A stretch of DNA of 64,000 nt from Eledone cirrhosa (GCA_964016885.1 OZ024755.1:20336001-20400000); one strand, 5' to 3'; positions 1-13,449 are shown, counted from the stretch's first letter. The notes: generated from the letters alone by a model not told the origin. A program made the numbers and translations.

Positions 1-433
1 ACTCTCCAGGTCGGAATACAGCCTTTTTTCTTCCAGAGAAAGAAAGGGGAGAGAAGTGAGAAAGTGGATGAACACACACACATTAAACTGATTCATCCAG
101 CACATTTTGCAGAACCTTCATCAACCGACTATCTTTGAAGACTTCATCACTTCACAAAGAGCAGTTTTAACCTAGCTGCACCTAACACTCTCCAGGTTGG
201 AATACCACCTTTTTCTTCCAAAGGAAGAGGAGAGAAGTGAGAAAGTGGTAGAACACACACACACACATTAAACTGATTCATCCAGCACATTTTGCAGATC
301 CTTAATCAACCGACTATCTTTGAGGGCTTCATCACTTCACAAAGAGCAGTTTTAACCTAGCTGCACCTAACACTCTCCAGGTTGGAATACCACCTTTTTC
401 TTCCAAAGAAAGAGGAGAGAAGTGAGAAAGTGA
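1..433. repeat. Tandem repeat, ~186-bp unit, at least 2.3 copies (may extend left of window)
   Basis: actctccagg(t/c)ggaatac... restarts at 1, 187 and 372; a related fragment (actgattcatccagcaca) lies at ~1417. Confidence 0.9.
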
Positions 434-845
434 AAGAATACACACTAGTACTGGATGGTACATTTATTTATCCACCTCAAAATGATGAAAGGCAAAGTAC
501 CTGGGTCAGGCCTATGCTCAAACTCTATCCAGCTATAATAACCATCACACATTATGACCATCTCTACATATGAGGATATCATGGAGACTTCACTGCTATT
601 TCAAGCACAGCAAATGACCGTATTTGTTGATGAATGTTGATAAGATTTAGTAAAACCTGATATACTTAAACACAATATTTCCATGTAATTCTATTTGTAA
701 TGTTTTGGTCTAGAGGTCCCGATTTTCTCATTACCTTTGCTGTATGTGCAATTTAATAGAAAATATGAATGACTAAGAGATTTCCATTAGTAAAATCATA
801 TTTGACGCTTTATCAAATTGGATTTCGCAGTATTTTCAACAGCAA

Positions 846-1214
846 TACGAAGATCGACTAAAAGGTTCATAGGCTTACTATGAAAAAGTGATGTTAGAGT
901 TCTGAAATCTAGCATGGATTAATTTTAACTCTTCTTATTAATAAGTGCATTGTTTCTTTCCATGGACTATGTTGAAAAATAAACCTCGTTCGATCATTCA
1001 ATGACAGTATCTTGGTCAGTCTATGAACTTTTCATAGGCTGACTAATAAGGAGTTATGCGAGAGCTGTGAAATATTGTATGCATTTGTTTCAACTATTCT
1101 TATTAATAACTATTGTTTCTTTCTTAGAGGGACAATGTTAAAAAAATAAACCTCATTTGGTCATTCTGTGAAAGTATTTTGGTCAGCCTATGGATTTTAC
1201 AGCCAACCTTCATA
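846..1214. mobile_element. Mariner-type MITE, two fused tandem copies
   Basis: Imperfect TIRs tacgaagatcgactaaaaggttcataggc ... gcctatggattttacagccaaccttcata with TA ends; internal ~170-bp body present twice; a further partial copy at 29601. Confidence 0.7.
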
Positions 1215-1615
1215 CTTGAAGACCGTGTGCTGTTATAGCTGCTGCCCAATGAAATAATGCCTGCTTCTATCACAGCTATCCACTATCCAATAAAATATAC
1301 CCCAGAATTAACTAATAAATATTGAATTGAAGCGTATGTGACCAGCATTGGTCAATAGCTATCGACCACACATCGTACCAGCAATGATCCAGAAGTTGGA
1401 AAATTTGCACTATGAAACTGATTCATCCAGCACACTCTCTGGATCTTTAACCAACTACTATCTTCAAAGACTTCCTTGCCTCCAGAGCTTCAGAATTCTA
1501 TGTTAATGGAATAAATGAAACTGTATCTTGTTGGAAAATGTGTAGATTCTAATGGTTTTTATTTCAATCAAAAATATTTATTCTAGACTTAGACATCTCA
1601 CTTTAAATTTAATGT

Positions 1616-1837
1616 TTAACCCTAATTTAATGTCTAAACCAGCCATCTCCAGCCAGGATTCTCTCACATCTTTCTGTTCAAACCGGCTATAACCAGCTGC
1701 TCATAATGAGGTGTTCTCAAAATCAATAACATCAAAATCTCATAGATTCAATATTATGTGAGATATTATGATAGGTAAAGCCTTTACCATGAAAATACAG
1801 TAGTAAATATAGAGTAATGTAAATGCTAAAGGGTTAA
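1616..1837. mobile_element. piggyBac-type MITE
   Basis: TTAA-CCCT ... AGGG-TTAA ends; reverse-complement homolog at 26051-26279. Confidence 0.7.
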
Positions 1838-2049
1838 AAAACCTGCATTCATTTCTGAATTAATTTTTTCTTTAAATCAGAGAACTACGATTTTATCAAA
1901 CAATACTGAAGCGTACTGTGTCATATTGTCAATAGATTATACATATGTGTAAAATTCTTTCATGGATGTTAGTTCTTTACTGAAGAGAAATATTGTTAGG
2001 GGTTTTATAAAATAAATATATTTTAACCGAATATTATTTTTGTTTTATT

Positions 2050-2230
2050 GGATTGGCAGTATCGGTAGAGGGTCAGACGCCATGCTTTCCAGCATAGTTA
2101 CGTCCCTTTACGATCTGAGTTCAAATCCCGTTAAGGTTGACTTTGCCTTTCATCCTTACGGGGTCGATAAAATAAAGTACCAGTAGTAATGCACTGGGTA
2201 ATTGCTGGCCTTGTGCCTAAGTAGAAACAA
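2050..2230 (+). mobile_element. tRNA-derived SINE (family 1) with 16-bp TSD
   Basis: A-box-like tggcagtatcgg, B-box gagttcaaatcc, central gcctttcatccttacggggtcgataaaataaagtaccag; TSD ttatttttgttttatt at 2034-2049 and 2231-2246. Confidence 0.9.
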
Positions 2231-3275
2231 TTATTTTTGTTTTATTATTAATAAAACATAAAAATTGGAAATGATATCCAAACTTTTCTCTCAGACCACC
2301 AAACTTTTCTCTCAGACCACCAGTGGCTCATGAACCACCAGATAGTGACTGCTGAATTAGATAATGTAATTTAGGTTTCACTATCATTGGAAAACAGTCG
2401 GGGATGTATTGGGTTGAATATTTGTGGTCACATGCTTGCTTGTGTGATCAAGGATGGACTTGTCGTTAAACTCCACTAACAATTACAGCACAAACAAGGA
2501 CATCAATTTTCCAGATTCTTCTGTAATCTCAGTAAATATCACAGATTATTGACATTATTCCTCGATGTTTTAGGAGTGTTTCTAAATATGAGTTTTGGAA
2601 ACTGTTTTATATAAAGCCAAATTGCTTTATTTTATTTCAGCAGATGTTCATGGAACGTATCTAGCCCTTATTTCAAAAGAAGTTATATAAATAGTCTAAA
2701 TATTTGTTTGGTTTTAAGTTTAAATTTGACTAAGTTTATACTTAAAGCTAATATAATAAACATGAAAATTGTATAGGAGATATGTTAAACTTCAGACTAA
2801 AAGCAATTTACCAATTCCTCTGTTTATAATTATACAACCAGGTCTTTGAAATATTATCAATATATCTATTCATCTTCGAGTAAGATATCAACTTTAAGTT
2901 TTATTACTTTTATATGGAGTATCTCTTAGTGACAATTTGATTTTATAGTACGTTAATTTGAAATTTAAATTTTTATTTTAAATCATTTAATTTTATATAG
3001 ATTTAACCTGGAAGTGATAATATATAAACAACCTCTGTATAATAAATTATACAGTGGTGGTGGCACCCATAAAACTAGCACTGATCAGTGTTGGAAATTT
3101 AGAAACAAATAAAATAGAATAAACACAATTACTGTGCAGTGTATTGTCAAAATTACTATAGATACAAAGTACTCAATATAAAAGAAAAGAGAAAGTGAAA
3201 ACTCTATGAAATCTCTTTTGTTCATTATTTTCTGTGAAGAAACCATTATTTTTACATAAAGAAGGCATTACTTTT

Positions 3276-3445
3276 ATCGGTAGAGGGTTGGACGCCATGC
3301 TTTGATGCATAGAGTTACATCCCTTGACATTCTGAATTCAAATCCTGCCGGGGTTAACTTTGCCTTTCATCCTTACGGGGGCAATAAAATAAAGTACCAG
3401 TAATGTACTGGGTAATTTGCTGGCCTTGTGCCAAAAAGTAGAAAA
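3276..3445 (+). mobile_element. SINE family 1 copy
   Basis: Homologous to 2050-2230 over its whole length. Confidence 0.85.
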
Positions 3446-3666
3446 TTATTTTCTGTAAAGTGAACATTATGTCAAATATACGTTCAATATCTAGAGTGAG
3501 TATATTTGTAAAATCTCATCTCCTTCGCGCCAGGAAATCTCCAAATTTTCTAATATGATATATTGACTAATTTTACCGTTTAATTTCCTGACGAAAATCC
3601 TAGGAAGGGTGGAACCATTATTTGTTGTCAGCAGGGAAAAGCGGACGTAAAATGATGATGCTGCTG

Positions 3667-3683
3667 ATATATATATACATACA

Positions 3684-3715
<32 letters not shown>

Positions 3716-3880
3716 CACACACACACACACATACATACATACATACATATATATACATACATACATACACATACATACACATACATACACATACATACAC
3801 ATACATACACATACATACATACACATACATACATACATACATACATACATACATACATACATACATACATACATACATAC
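3667..3880. repeat. (TACA)n/(CA)n microsatellite, tail of the adjacent RTE derivative
   Basis: Directly visible; source of the spurious MYVC/HTYI ORFs. Confidence 0.95.
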
Positions 3881-4289
3881 ATGGTGGCTGCCAACTCGTT
3901 TTCGAGTATGGCCACTACTTTATATCCATGTAGGAGAACCCCTACCGATGCGCTGAACGAGTGTGACTTTTTAGTCCAGCCAGCGACTTGAAAATTCTGG
4001 TAGAAACACTGCACCTGTGACAATTATTGACACATAGTGCTGGGCCCATGGTACCATGTGACGACAAGTGCAGAGAGATCTCCAGATATAAAGCAATGCC
4101 TGTGCCGTGAAGCTTTTATAGTGAGCAAAGGCACTGCACAAAGCCAGTCCCACTCTCTTAACCAAGATGATATTTACCAAAAAGAAGAACAAGTCAACAT
4201 CATTGGATACCATCAGGGTTGCAGGTGTTATATCAGAGTTTTCCTTCTCCTAGAATTCTGCCTTGACAAAGGCTAAGGGGTCATCTCTC
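3881..4289 (-). mobile_element. Non-autonomous RTE-derived element, copy 1 (5'-truncated)
   Basis: Near-identical to 5998-6602, 8609-9199 and 56393-56997; carries an RTE-5'UTR-like motif (ctaggagaaggaaaactctga on minus), a degenerate C2H2 finger and a (TATG)n tail. Confidence 0.8.
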
Positions 4290-4560
4290 ATATACATATA
4301 TATATACTACATATACATATATGTATACATATACATATATACTACATATACATATATACATACTACATATACATATATATATACTACATATACATATATA
4401 CATACTACATATATGTATACATATACATATACTACATATACATATATGTATACATATACATATATATACATATATACATATGTATACATATACATATACT
4501 ACATATACATATATGTATACATATACATATACTACATATACATATATGTATACATATACA
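4290..4560. repeat. TA/CA-derived minisatellite (tacatatacatatatgtatacatatacatatac-like unit)
   Basis: The same unit resumes at 5789-5997, on the other side of the RTE insertion. Confidence 0.9.
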
Positions 4561-5788
4561 TCATCATCATCATCATCATCACCGTTTTACGTCCGTTCTT
4601 CCACGCTAGCATGGGTTAGACGGGTTGTCCTGTTGTGGGCAGTGTCTGGTCGGCTGACCATGCCTTGCTCATACAGGAACTGATCTGGCTTGATTTCTAC
4701 AGCTGGATGCCCTTCCTAACACCAACCTCATTTACAGTGAGTGCTGGGTGCTTTTTCGTGGCGCCTACACGTCCACTTTACAGTGTGGGCTGGGTGCTTT
4801 TTTGCCGTGGCACCTCCACGACCACCTTGCGGTGGGGGGGGGGGGGGCATATTGTTTATATGCTTCAGCATGTACCCATGGGAGGTCGGGTACCCTGTAT
4901 TACTGCGTGACGCCAGAAGTCACGGTCGTGTGTCATTGACTTTGAGAGGTGTAGTTGGGTAAGGTCGGCTTTTATCACCTCATCCCAAGTCATCTTGGGT
5001 CTCCCCACTCCGCGGTTTCCATCAACTTCTAGTGCTCTGCACCTTTTTATGCAGCTGTCATCCTTCATACGCATCACATGTCCATACCAGCGTAACCGCC
5101 TCTCCTGCACGCAGCATTTGATTCCTCTTATGCTCAGTCTCTCTCTCAATTCATTTATGCTTTGTCGTTCACGTATATTACTGTTACACATCCATCGGAG
5201 CATGCAGGCTTCGTTTCTCTCTAATCTACGTAGGTCTTCCACCTTCAGCGCCCAGGTCTCACTACCATGCAACATCGCTGTTCGGATACACGCATCATAC
5301 AGTCTGCCTTTCATTCTGAGGGAGAAGCCTTTTGCAGCTAGCAGTGGTAGTAGTTCCCTAAACTTCTTCCATCCCGTTCTTACCCTAGTTATTGTACTTT
5401 CTGAGCACCCACCTCCGTTGCTAATTCGGTCACCTAGGTAGCAGAAGCTGTCTACTGTTTCTACAGGGCCCTCCCAGAGATTGGTGGTACTTGTTTCCTG
5501 TGGCTGTTTGCTTGCTGTTTCAGCACAGCTGCTGCATGTGAATCCTACATTCTTAATTAAGCTTCCTGAGATCCCGCTACATCTCTTGTGTACCCATTGT
5601 TTGCATTTGGGGCAAAGAATGGAGTTCCTACCTACACCTTTCCTACATACTGAGCAAGGCCATTTCCCTGAGGGGATCTGGGTTCTGTTTTCTCGTCTAC
5701 TTATAAGGACCTTAGTCTTTGTCATGTTGACTTTGAGGCCCTTTCTCTCTAGTCCCTGCTTCCAGGTTTGGAATTTATTCTCTAGTTC
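4561..5788 (-). mobile_element. 5'-truncated RTE-clade LINE (end of RT, thumb, 3'UTR, (GAT)n tail)
   Basis: ORF motifs [42 protein letters not shown]; 3' end ggacgtaaaacggtgatgatgat. Confidence 0.95.
4865..5788 (-). pseudogene. RTE ORF C-terminal fragment (~307 aa, uninterrupted) with C4HC3 PHD-like finger
   Basis: ORF track 4865..5833; the first ~15 residues are microsatellite-derived; CSVC-x10-CPKC-x4-H-x2-C-x14-CSSC. Confidence 0.9.
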
Positions 5789-5997
5789 TATATACATATA
5801 TGTATACATATACATATATGTATACATATACATATACTACATATACATATATGTATACATATACATATACTACATATATATATATATATATATATACATA
5901 TATATACATATATACATATGTATATATATACATATACTACATATACATATATGTATACATATACATATACTACATATACATATATGTATACATATAC

Positions 5998-6602
5998 ATG
6001 GTGGCTGCCAACTCGTTTTCGAGTACGGCCACTACTTTATATCCATGTAGGAGAACCCCTACCGATGCGCTGAACGAGTGACTTTTTAGTCCAGCCAGCG
6101 ACTTGAAAACTCTGGTACAAACACTACACTTGTGACAATTATTGACACATAGTGCTTTGCCTTTGGTACCATGTGACGACAAGTGCAGAGAGATCTCCAG
6201 ATACAAAGCAATGCCTGTGCCGTGAAGCTTTTATAGTGAGCAAAGGCACTGCACAAAGCCAGTCCCACTCTCTTAACCAAGATGATATTTACCAAAAAGA
6301 AGAACAAGTCAACATCATTGGATACCATCAGGGTTGCAGGTGTTATATCAGAGTTTTCCTTCTCCTAGAATTCTGCCTTGACAAAGGCTAAGGGGTCATC
6401 TCTCCCACTGATTTTGGATGGCCATTGACTCTTAAGAGCTCCTTTGCCCTTTGACAGGTTTTGTTTTTAGTCCTGCAGGATGTCCAAAGTCACCCTCCTC
6501 ACCAAGAAACCTTGGTGGGGTTGCCAGTTTAGTCGCCAACGACCCGACCATGAGACAGGTTGTACTGGGATACATGTTAGCAGTAGCACCAAGTGGTGAC
6601 CT
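5998..6602 (-). mobile_element. Non-autonomous RTE-derived element, copy 2 (apparently full length, ~605 bp)
   Basis: Same 5' end (AGGTCACCA) as copy 4; encodes a [17 protein letters not shown] finger near its 3' end. Confidence 0.85.
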
Positions 6603-6606
6603 GACA

Positions 6607-6772
6607 TAATACATATACATATATACATACATATACATATATACATACATATATACATATATATATATACATATATATATATATACATATATATACATAT
6701 ACATATATATATACATATATACATACATATATATATACATATATACATACATATATATATATACATATATAC

Positions 6773-6806
<34 letters not shown>

Positions 6807-7384
6807 ACATATATATACATACATACATATATACATATATATACATACATACATACATATATATATACATAAATATACATATATATATACATAAATATAT
6901 ATACATACATATATATATATACATATATACATACATATATATATATACATATATACATACATATATATATATACATATATACATACATATATATATATAC
7001 ATATATACATACATATATATATATACATATATACATACATATATATATATACATATATACATACATATATATATATACATACATACATATACATATATAT
7101 ACATACATACATATATACATACATATATATATATATATACATACATATATATATACATACATATATATATACACATACATACATATATATATATATACAT
7201 ACATATATATATATATATACATACATATATATATATATATACATACATATATATATACACATACATACATATATATATACATACATATATATATACACAT
7301 ACATACATATATATATACATACATATATATATACACATACATACATATATATATACATACATACATATATATATACATACATAC

Positions 7385-7417
<33 letters not shown>

Positions 7418-7437
7418 CATACATATATATATATACA
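6607..7437. repeat. Compound (TA)n/(TACA)n microsatellite
   Basis: Directly visible. Confidence 0.95.
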
Positions 7438-7477
7438 TTGTATAACAAAGTGCATACATACATACATATATATATAC

Positions 7478-8145
7478 TTTGTATAACAAAGTGCAGGGCA
7501 ATAAAGATAGACGGTAGCCACGGAGTAGGCAGACCCAGAAAAACATGGGACGAGCTGATAAATTCCGACCTCACACGCTTACACCTCTCCAAGACAATGT
7601 CACTGGACCGAGACCTTTGGCGGTACTCAGTAATAGAGAAGACCCGCCTTACCTAAATACAAAGTAAAAACCTACTACAGTCAGTAGGAACCTCTATCAA
7701 AACACACCCCCGTCCCACCACCTCCACCCCACCCACACCGCCCCTTTCAATGTAAAGTTATGTTGGTCCCACAACATCCAGGCCGAAACAAATGAGATCG
7801 TGTAGGTGTCACGACAAAAAACACACAGTCCACGCTGTAAATGTGGCCGTGTAGGCAACACGGTAAAAACCTCCCAGCCCCACACTGTAAATGTTGGTTG
7901 GTGTTAGGAAGGGCATCCAGCTGTAGAAAACCCGCCAGACAGTCCACGCTGTAATGTGGCCGTGTAGGCAACACGGTAAAAACCTCCTAGCCCCACACTG
8001 TAAATGTGGTTGGTGTTAGGAAGGGCATCCAACTGTAGAAAACCCGCCAGACAGTCCTATGCGAGCAAGACAACCACTCTTGCCTCAAGTGGGAAAACCC
8101 CCGTCCAAACCCATGCAAGCGTGGAACACGGACGCTAAACCTGAT

Positions 8146-8146
<1 letters not shown>
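7478..8146 (+). mobile_element. 3' fragment of RTE LINE related to 4561-5788
   Basis: [31 protein letters not shown]...DRDLWR; 3'UTR with ggtgttaggaagggcatcca and a ~115-bp internal tandem duplication (7826-8056); ends ggacgctaaacctgatga. Confidence 0.9.
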
Positions 8147-8209
<63 letters not shown>

Positions 8210-8309
8210 CATACATACATATATATATACATATATATACATATATACATACATATATATATATATACATACATACATATATATATATATATACATATAC
8301 ATACATACA

Positions 8310-8345
<36 letters not shown>

Positions 8346-8608
8346 TACATACATACATATATATATATATACATACATATACATACATATATATATACAT
8401 ACATATATATATACATACATATATATATATATACATATATATACATATATACATACATATATATATATATATATACATACATATATATATATATATACAT
8501 ACATATATATATATATATACATACATATATATATATATATATATACATACATATATATATATATATATATACATACATATATATATATATATATACATAC
8601 ATACATAC
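8147..8608. repeat. (CA)n/(TA)n/(TACA)n microsatellite
   Basis: Directly visible. Confidence 0.95.
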
Positions 8609-9199
8609 ATGGTGGCTGCCAACTCGTTTTCGAGTACGGCCACTACTTTACATCCATGTAGGATAACCCCTACCGAAGCGCTGAACGAGTGTGACTTTTT
8701 AGTCCAGCCAGCGACTTGAAACCTCTGGTACAAACACTACACCTGTGACAATCATTGACACATAGTGCTAGGCCCATGGTAGGACAATTATTGACACATA
8801 GTGCTGGGCCCATGTGAGGACAAGTGCAGAGAGATCTCCAGATATAAAGCAATGCCTGTGCCGTGAAGCTTTTATAGTGAGCAAAGGCACTGCACAAAGC
8901 CAGTCCCACTCTCTTAACCAAGATGCTATTTACCAAAAAGAAGAACAAGTCAACATCATTGGATACCATCAGGGTTGCAGGTGTTATATCAGAGTTTTCC
9001 TTCTCCTAGAATTCTGCCTTGACTAAGGCTAAAGGGGTCATCTCTCCCGGTGATTTTGGATGGCCATTGACTCTTAAGAGCTCCTTTGCCCTTTGACAGG
9101 TTTTGTTTTTAGTCCTGCAGGATGTCCAAAGTCACCCTCCTCACCAAGAAACCTTGGTGGGGTTGCCAGTTTAGTCGCCAACGACCCGACCATGAGACA
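8609..9199 (-). mobile_element. Non-autonomous RTE-derived element, copy 3
   Basis: Homologous to copy 2; ~36-bp internal duplication at ~8746-8815; lacks ~45 bp of the 5' end. Confidence 0.85.
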
Positions 9200-9263
9200 T
9201 ACATACATACATACATACATACATACATACATACATACATACATACATACATACATACATACA

Positions 9264-9299
<36 letters not shown>

Positions 9300-9817
9300 T
9301 ATACATACATATATATATACATACATATATATATACATACATATATATATACATACATATATATATACATACATATATATATACATACATATATATATAC
9401 ATACATATATATATACATACATATATATATACATACATATATATATACATACATATATATATACATACATATATATATACATACATACATATATACATAC
9501 ATACATATATACATACATACATATATACATACATACATACATATATACATACATACATATATACATACATACATATATATATACATACATATATATATAC
9601 ATACATATATATATACATACATATATATATACATACATATATATATACATACATATATATATACATACATATATACATACATATATATATACATACATAT
9701 ATACATACATATATATATACATACATATATACATACATATATACATATATATATATATACATATATATATACATATATACATATATACATACATATATAC
9801 ATACATACATACATACA

Positions 9818-9851
<34 letters not shown>

Positions 9852-10294
9852 CATACATATATATATATACATACATACATATATATACATACATACATAC
9901 ATACATATACATACATACATACATACATATATATACATACATACATACATATATATACATACATACATACATACATACATATACATACATACATACATAC
10001 ATATACATATACATACATACATATACATATATATATATATACATACATATATATACACACAGATACATATATATATACATACATATTTATATATATACAC
10101 ACACATACATATATATATATACATACATATACATATACATACAGATACATATATACACACACATACATATACACACACACAGATACATATATATACACAC
10201 ACACAGATACATATATACACACACACAGATACATATATACACACACACAGATACATATATACACACACACAGATACATATATACACACACACAG

Positions 10295-10354
<60 letters not shown>

Positions 10355-10374
10355 CTACACACATACATATATAC
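9200..10374. repeat. ~1.2-kb compound TACA/TA/CA microsatellite
   Basis: Directly visible. Confidence 0.95.
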
Positions 10375-11309
10375 GACGCCTACTGTGTGAGATTTGAATT
10401 CTTCACATTCTAGTATCTTTTGTCTTCCGTTCAACATCTCAAAATACAATATGATAATGTAATTCTCAGTGATGCAAACAAGACATCTTTTTGATCTATT
10501 AACATAATGGCTTTTGCTTTCGACTACGAAAAATATTACAGATTTATTCTCACTTCTATTCTTTACATAACAAATGTACAGAAATAATAAGAAGGAATTT
10601 CGGTTTTATTTTATTCTTTTCTATTATAGACAGAATTATTGCATATTGAATTCTGGCTTTCATGTGTATTTTCTATGAGCCCAGTACAAATACTCTAGTG
10701 ACCATATTTGGAATTGATTTTGGCTCAGTACACTAATATTTAGAATAAAGGGTGAGACAGAAAGATCTCCCACATCTCTTTTTTATATCCCTTCAAAATA
10801 TGGAAGATTGTTATACCTCACTCTGTATTAAATCAACAGAGTGATATTGGAAACAAAAGGAATGGAGATGACTGTGTTGGGCTACTGTGGAGGTGGTATG
10901 CAAGGTGATATATTTCACGTTGAGAGGTGGTTTTAGGAGTGGTAGAAATTAAGCAAAATGTGGATATTAAGCATCTCTGAGCTAGAGTTTAAATTGTTTT
11001 TCTGGGCCAATATTTGCTAGCCAGTTGGAGAGTCATCTTTGTATAGCAGACTTGGATAATATGTAGGGCAGTACCACTGATGCAGATGTGTTTCTCCTTT
11101 GATCATATACTTGCTCACTCTAGATGAATCCGTTGTTAGATGACAAGAATAAGAACCTCAAATTATGTTTCTTATTAAATACTTTCTTTGAATGAATTCT
11201 AAAATAAAGGAAATATTCTAATACCTAGATTTTAAAAAATGATTTTGATTTCAGTTGCAAGATATAAAAGAAAACGTTGCTTAAAAGTAAAATGAAACTA
11301 ATTTGAAGA

Positions 11310-11983
11310 TGCGGGCTCAAACCATATTACACTAAGACATGGCCTCAAACCATGTTACTCTCAGACGTGGGATGGCTCAGAACATGTTACACTAAGATGT
11401 GGGATAGCTCAGAACATGTTACACTAAGACGTGGCCTCAAACCATGTTACTCTCAGACGTGGGATAGCTCAGAACATGTTACACTAAGACGTGGGCTGGC
11501 TCAGAACATGTTACACTAAGACGTGGCCTCAAACCATGTTACTCTCAGACGTGGGATAGCTCAGAACATGTTACACTAAGACGTGGCCTCAAACCATGTT
11601 ACTCTCAGACGTGGGATAGCTCAGAACATGTTACACTAAGACGTGGGATAGCTCAGAACATGTTACACTAAGACGTGGGCTGGCTCAGAACATGTTACTC
11701 TCAGACGTGGGATAGCTCAGAACATGTTACACTAAGACGTGGGCTGGCTCAGAACATGTTACACTAAGACGTGGCCTCAAACCATGTTACTCTCAGACGT
11801 GGGATATCTCAGAACATGTTACACTAAGACGTGGGATAGCTCAGAACATGTTACACTAAGACGTGGGCTGGCTCAGAACATGTTACTCTCAGACGTGGGA
11901 TAGCTCAGAACATGTTACACTAAGACGTGGGCTGGCTCAGAACATGTTACACTAAGACACAGGCTCAGAACGTTACACTAAGA
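11310..11983. repeat. Minisatellite of interleaved 28-bp and 32-bp units (~21 units)
   Basis: gtggcctcaaaccatgttactctcagac and gtggga(t/c)(a/t)gctcagaacatgttacactaagac-like units. Confidence 0.95.
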
Positions 11984-12174
11984 TGAATGACTGAATTCCT
12001 CACATTTGCCACTGGAATGTGTCTGCTCTATATAACTCTTTCCCTTAATTTCTGGGCATGTATGTATGATCTACAAATATTACAAATGTTTCTGTTTGTT
12101 ACATCCCAAACCAAAACCTAATCAAAACACTTCTTCCCCTCGTTTCTGCTGTTTCATCTAGATTCAGCATCATT

Positions 12175-12388
12175 TCAATACTTGCTACCTCATAGAATTG
12201 CAATTCTTCTCTGAATTCTCTTTCATCTTCTCCTCATTAGCTTCAATGTATATGAGCTTATCCTAATTAAAGAAATTAACTTTACTAAGGTATACCAAAG
12301 AGAGCTTGAAATGACAAAAATAGTTTTAGTGCTCTTATCGCCAAAAACTATAATACAAAATATAGAATTATAAAATATAGAATACAGA
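12175..12388. repeat. ~212-bp dispersed duplication, copy 1 (copy 2 at 14493-14703)
   Basis: Direct alignment by eye shows few substitutions and one 3-bp indel. Confidence 0.9.
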
Positions 12389-13294
12389 CATATTGGCTCA
12401 TACTATGAAAATATAATCATTTATTTGGAATTTCCCTTGGAAAGTTATTTCCTTTTGTTCCGAAAATATTGTATTGTTTACTGGCTGTTAAATCTTCTGA
12501 ATAATAAGTCCACACCAGATAGACAATTACTTCACTGTTGCAGTGAACAAGTTCAAAGAATCCAGCTGTGGATAAATCTTCAATAATTCATGAAAAGAAA
12601 ATGAGGAAAATATGGCAGCTTTCAAAACATTAAGAGAATAAACAATCTTATAATGAGTTATATTATGAAAACAGATGCCAAGATCAGAAAGTACAATGAA
12701 AGTGATTTGCTCAATAGAAAGGCTTGCACAAATGGAAACCCCTCACAACAAAGAATTGATGGTAGTTATGTGCGAAGCAATGTTTTCTCTTGTGTGTAAG
12801 GAGAGCTATAATGAAAGAGAAATTAAAATAATCTCGAATAAGCATAAGAAGAAGCTATATTAATAAGGAAGACGATGTGATGGGATAATAAAAGTTCCAT
12901 GGAGAATTTCCTGTTTTTATATGTGGTATGAACTCAATCAGGAAATTGAGTATATACACACAATCATACACACACACACATACATTCGCAATGTGTTAAT
13001 TGTACCATAAAAGAGCCATTGAAAACACTGCTTAAACTAATATTACATTGCTACAATGTGCATAGTTGATATATAAACATGGTTAATGTTTTAACATGAA
13101 AGTACAGGTTTTATGCATCCTCGAGAAAAAGGATTAAACCATAAATGATTTGTTGATAAGTAATGAGTAGAAATGAAAGACAAGTTAAAGATGTAAAAAT
13201 GATACGTTTTCAATTCTGGATTAGAGTATGTTTCCTAGTATTATCCAGACAAGGTGCATGAATTTTAATCTTCCGAATCATGAGACGAAGAGGT

Positions 13295-13449
13295 TTTGTT
13301 CGGGTCCTTTCTCGGCAGCGCCACCACTCCTCAGTCACAGAACTAGGAATTCTCCCATTCTGCTACCAGTTGCAATAGACGTTTGCCAAGAGGTCGCTGA
13401 ACAAGTCTGACATGTACGTAAGCTTGTAGGACTGACCATCCAAACCAAG
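13295..13449 (-). pseudogene. Degenerate L1/Tx1-clade RT N-terminal fragment
   Basis: Manual translation: LGLDGQSYKLTYMSDLFSDLLANVYCNW*QNGRIPSSVT, then after a frameshift GVVALPRKDPNK; matches the PGxDG...G.I.L..K region of L1/Tx1 RTs. Confidence 0.65.

Noticed and set aside
2374-2469. EGF-like CLCDQGWT peptide
   Set aside because: Short, ends in a stop, and lacks the remaining cysteines and splice context.
11310-11983. CRISPR-like appearance of regular short repeats (also 42833-43730, 46910-47937, 59932-60500)
   Set aside because: No unique spacers, no cas genes, eukaryotic context; these are tandem minisatellites.
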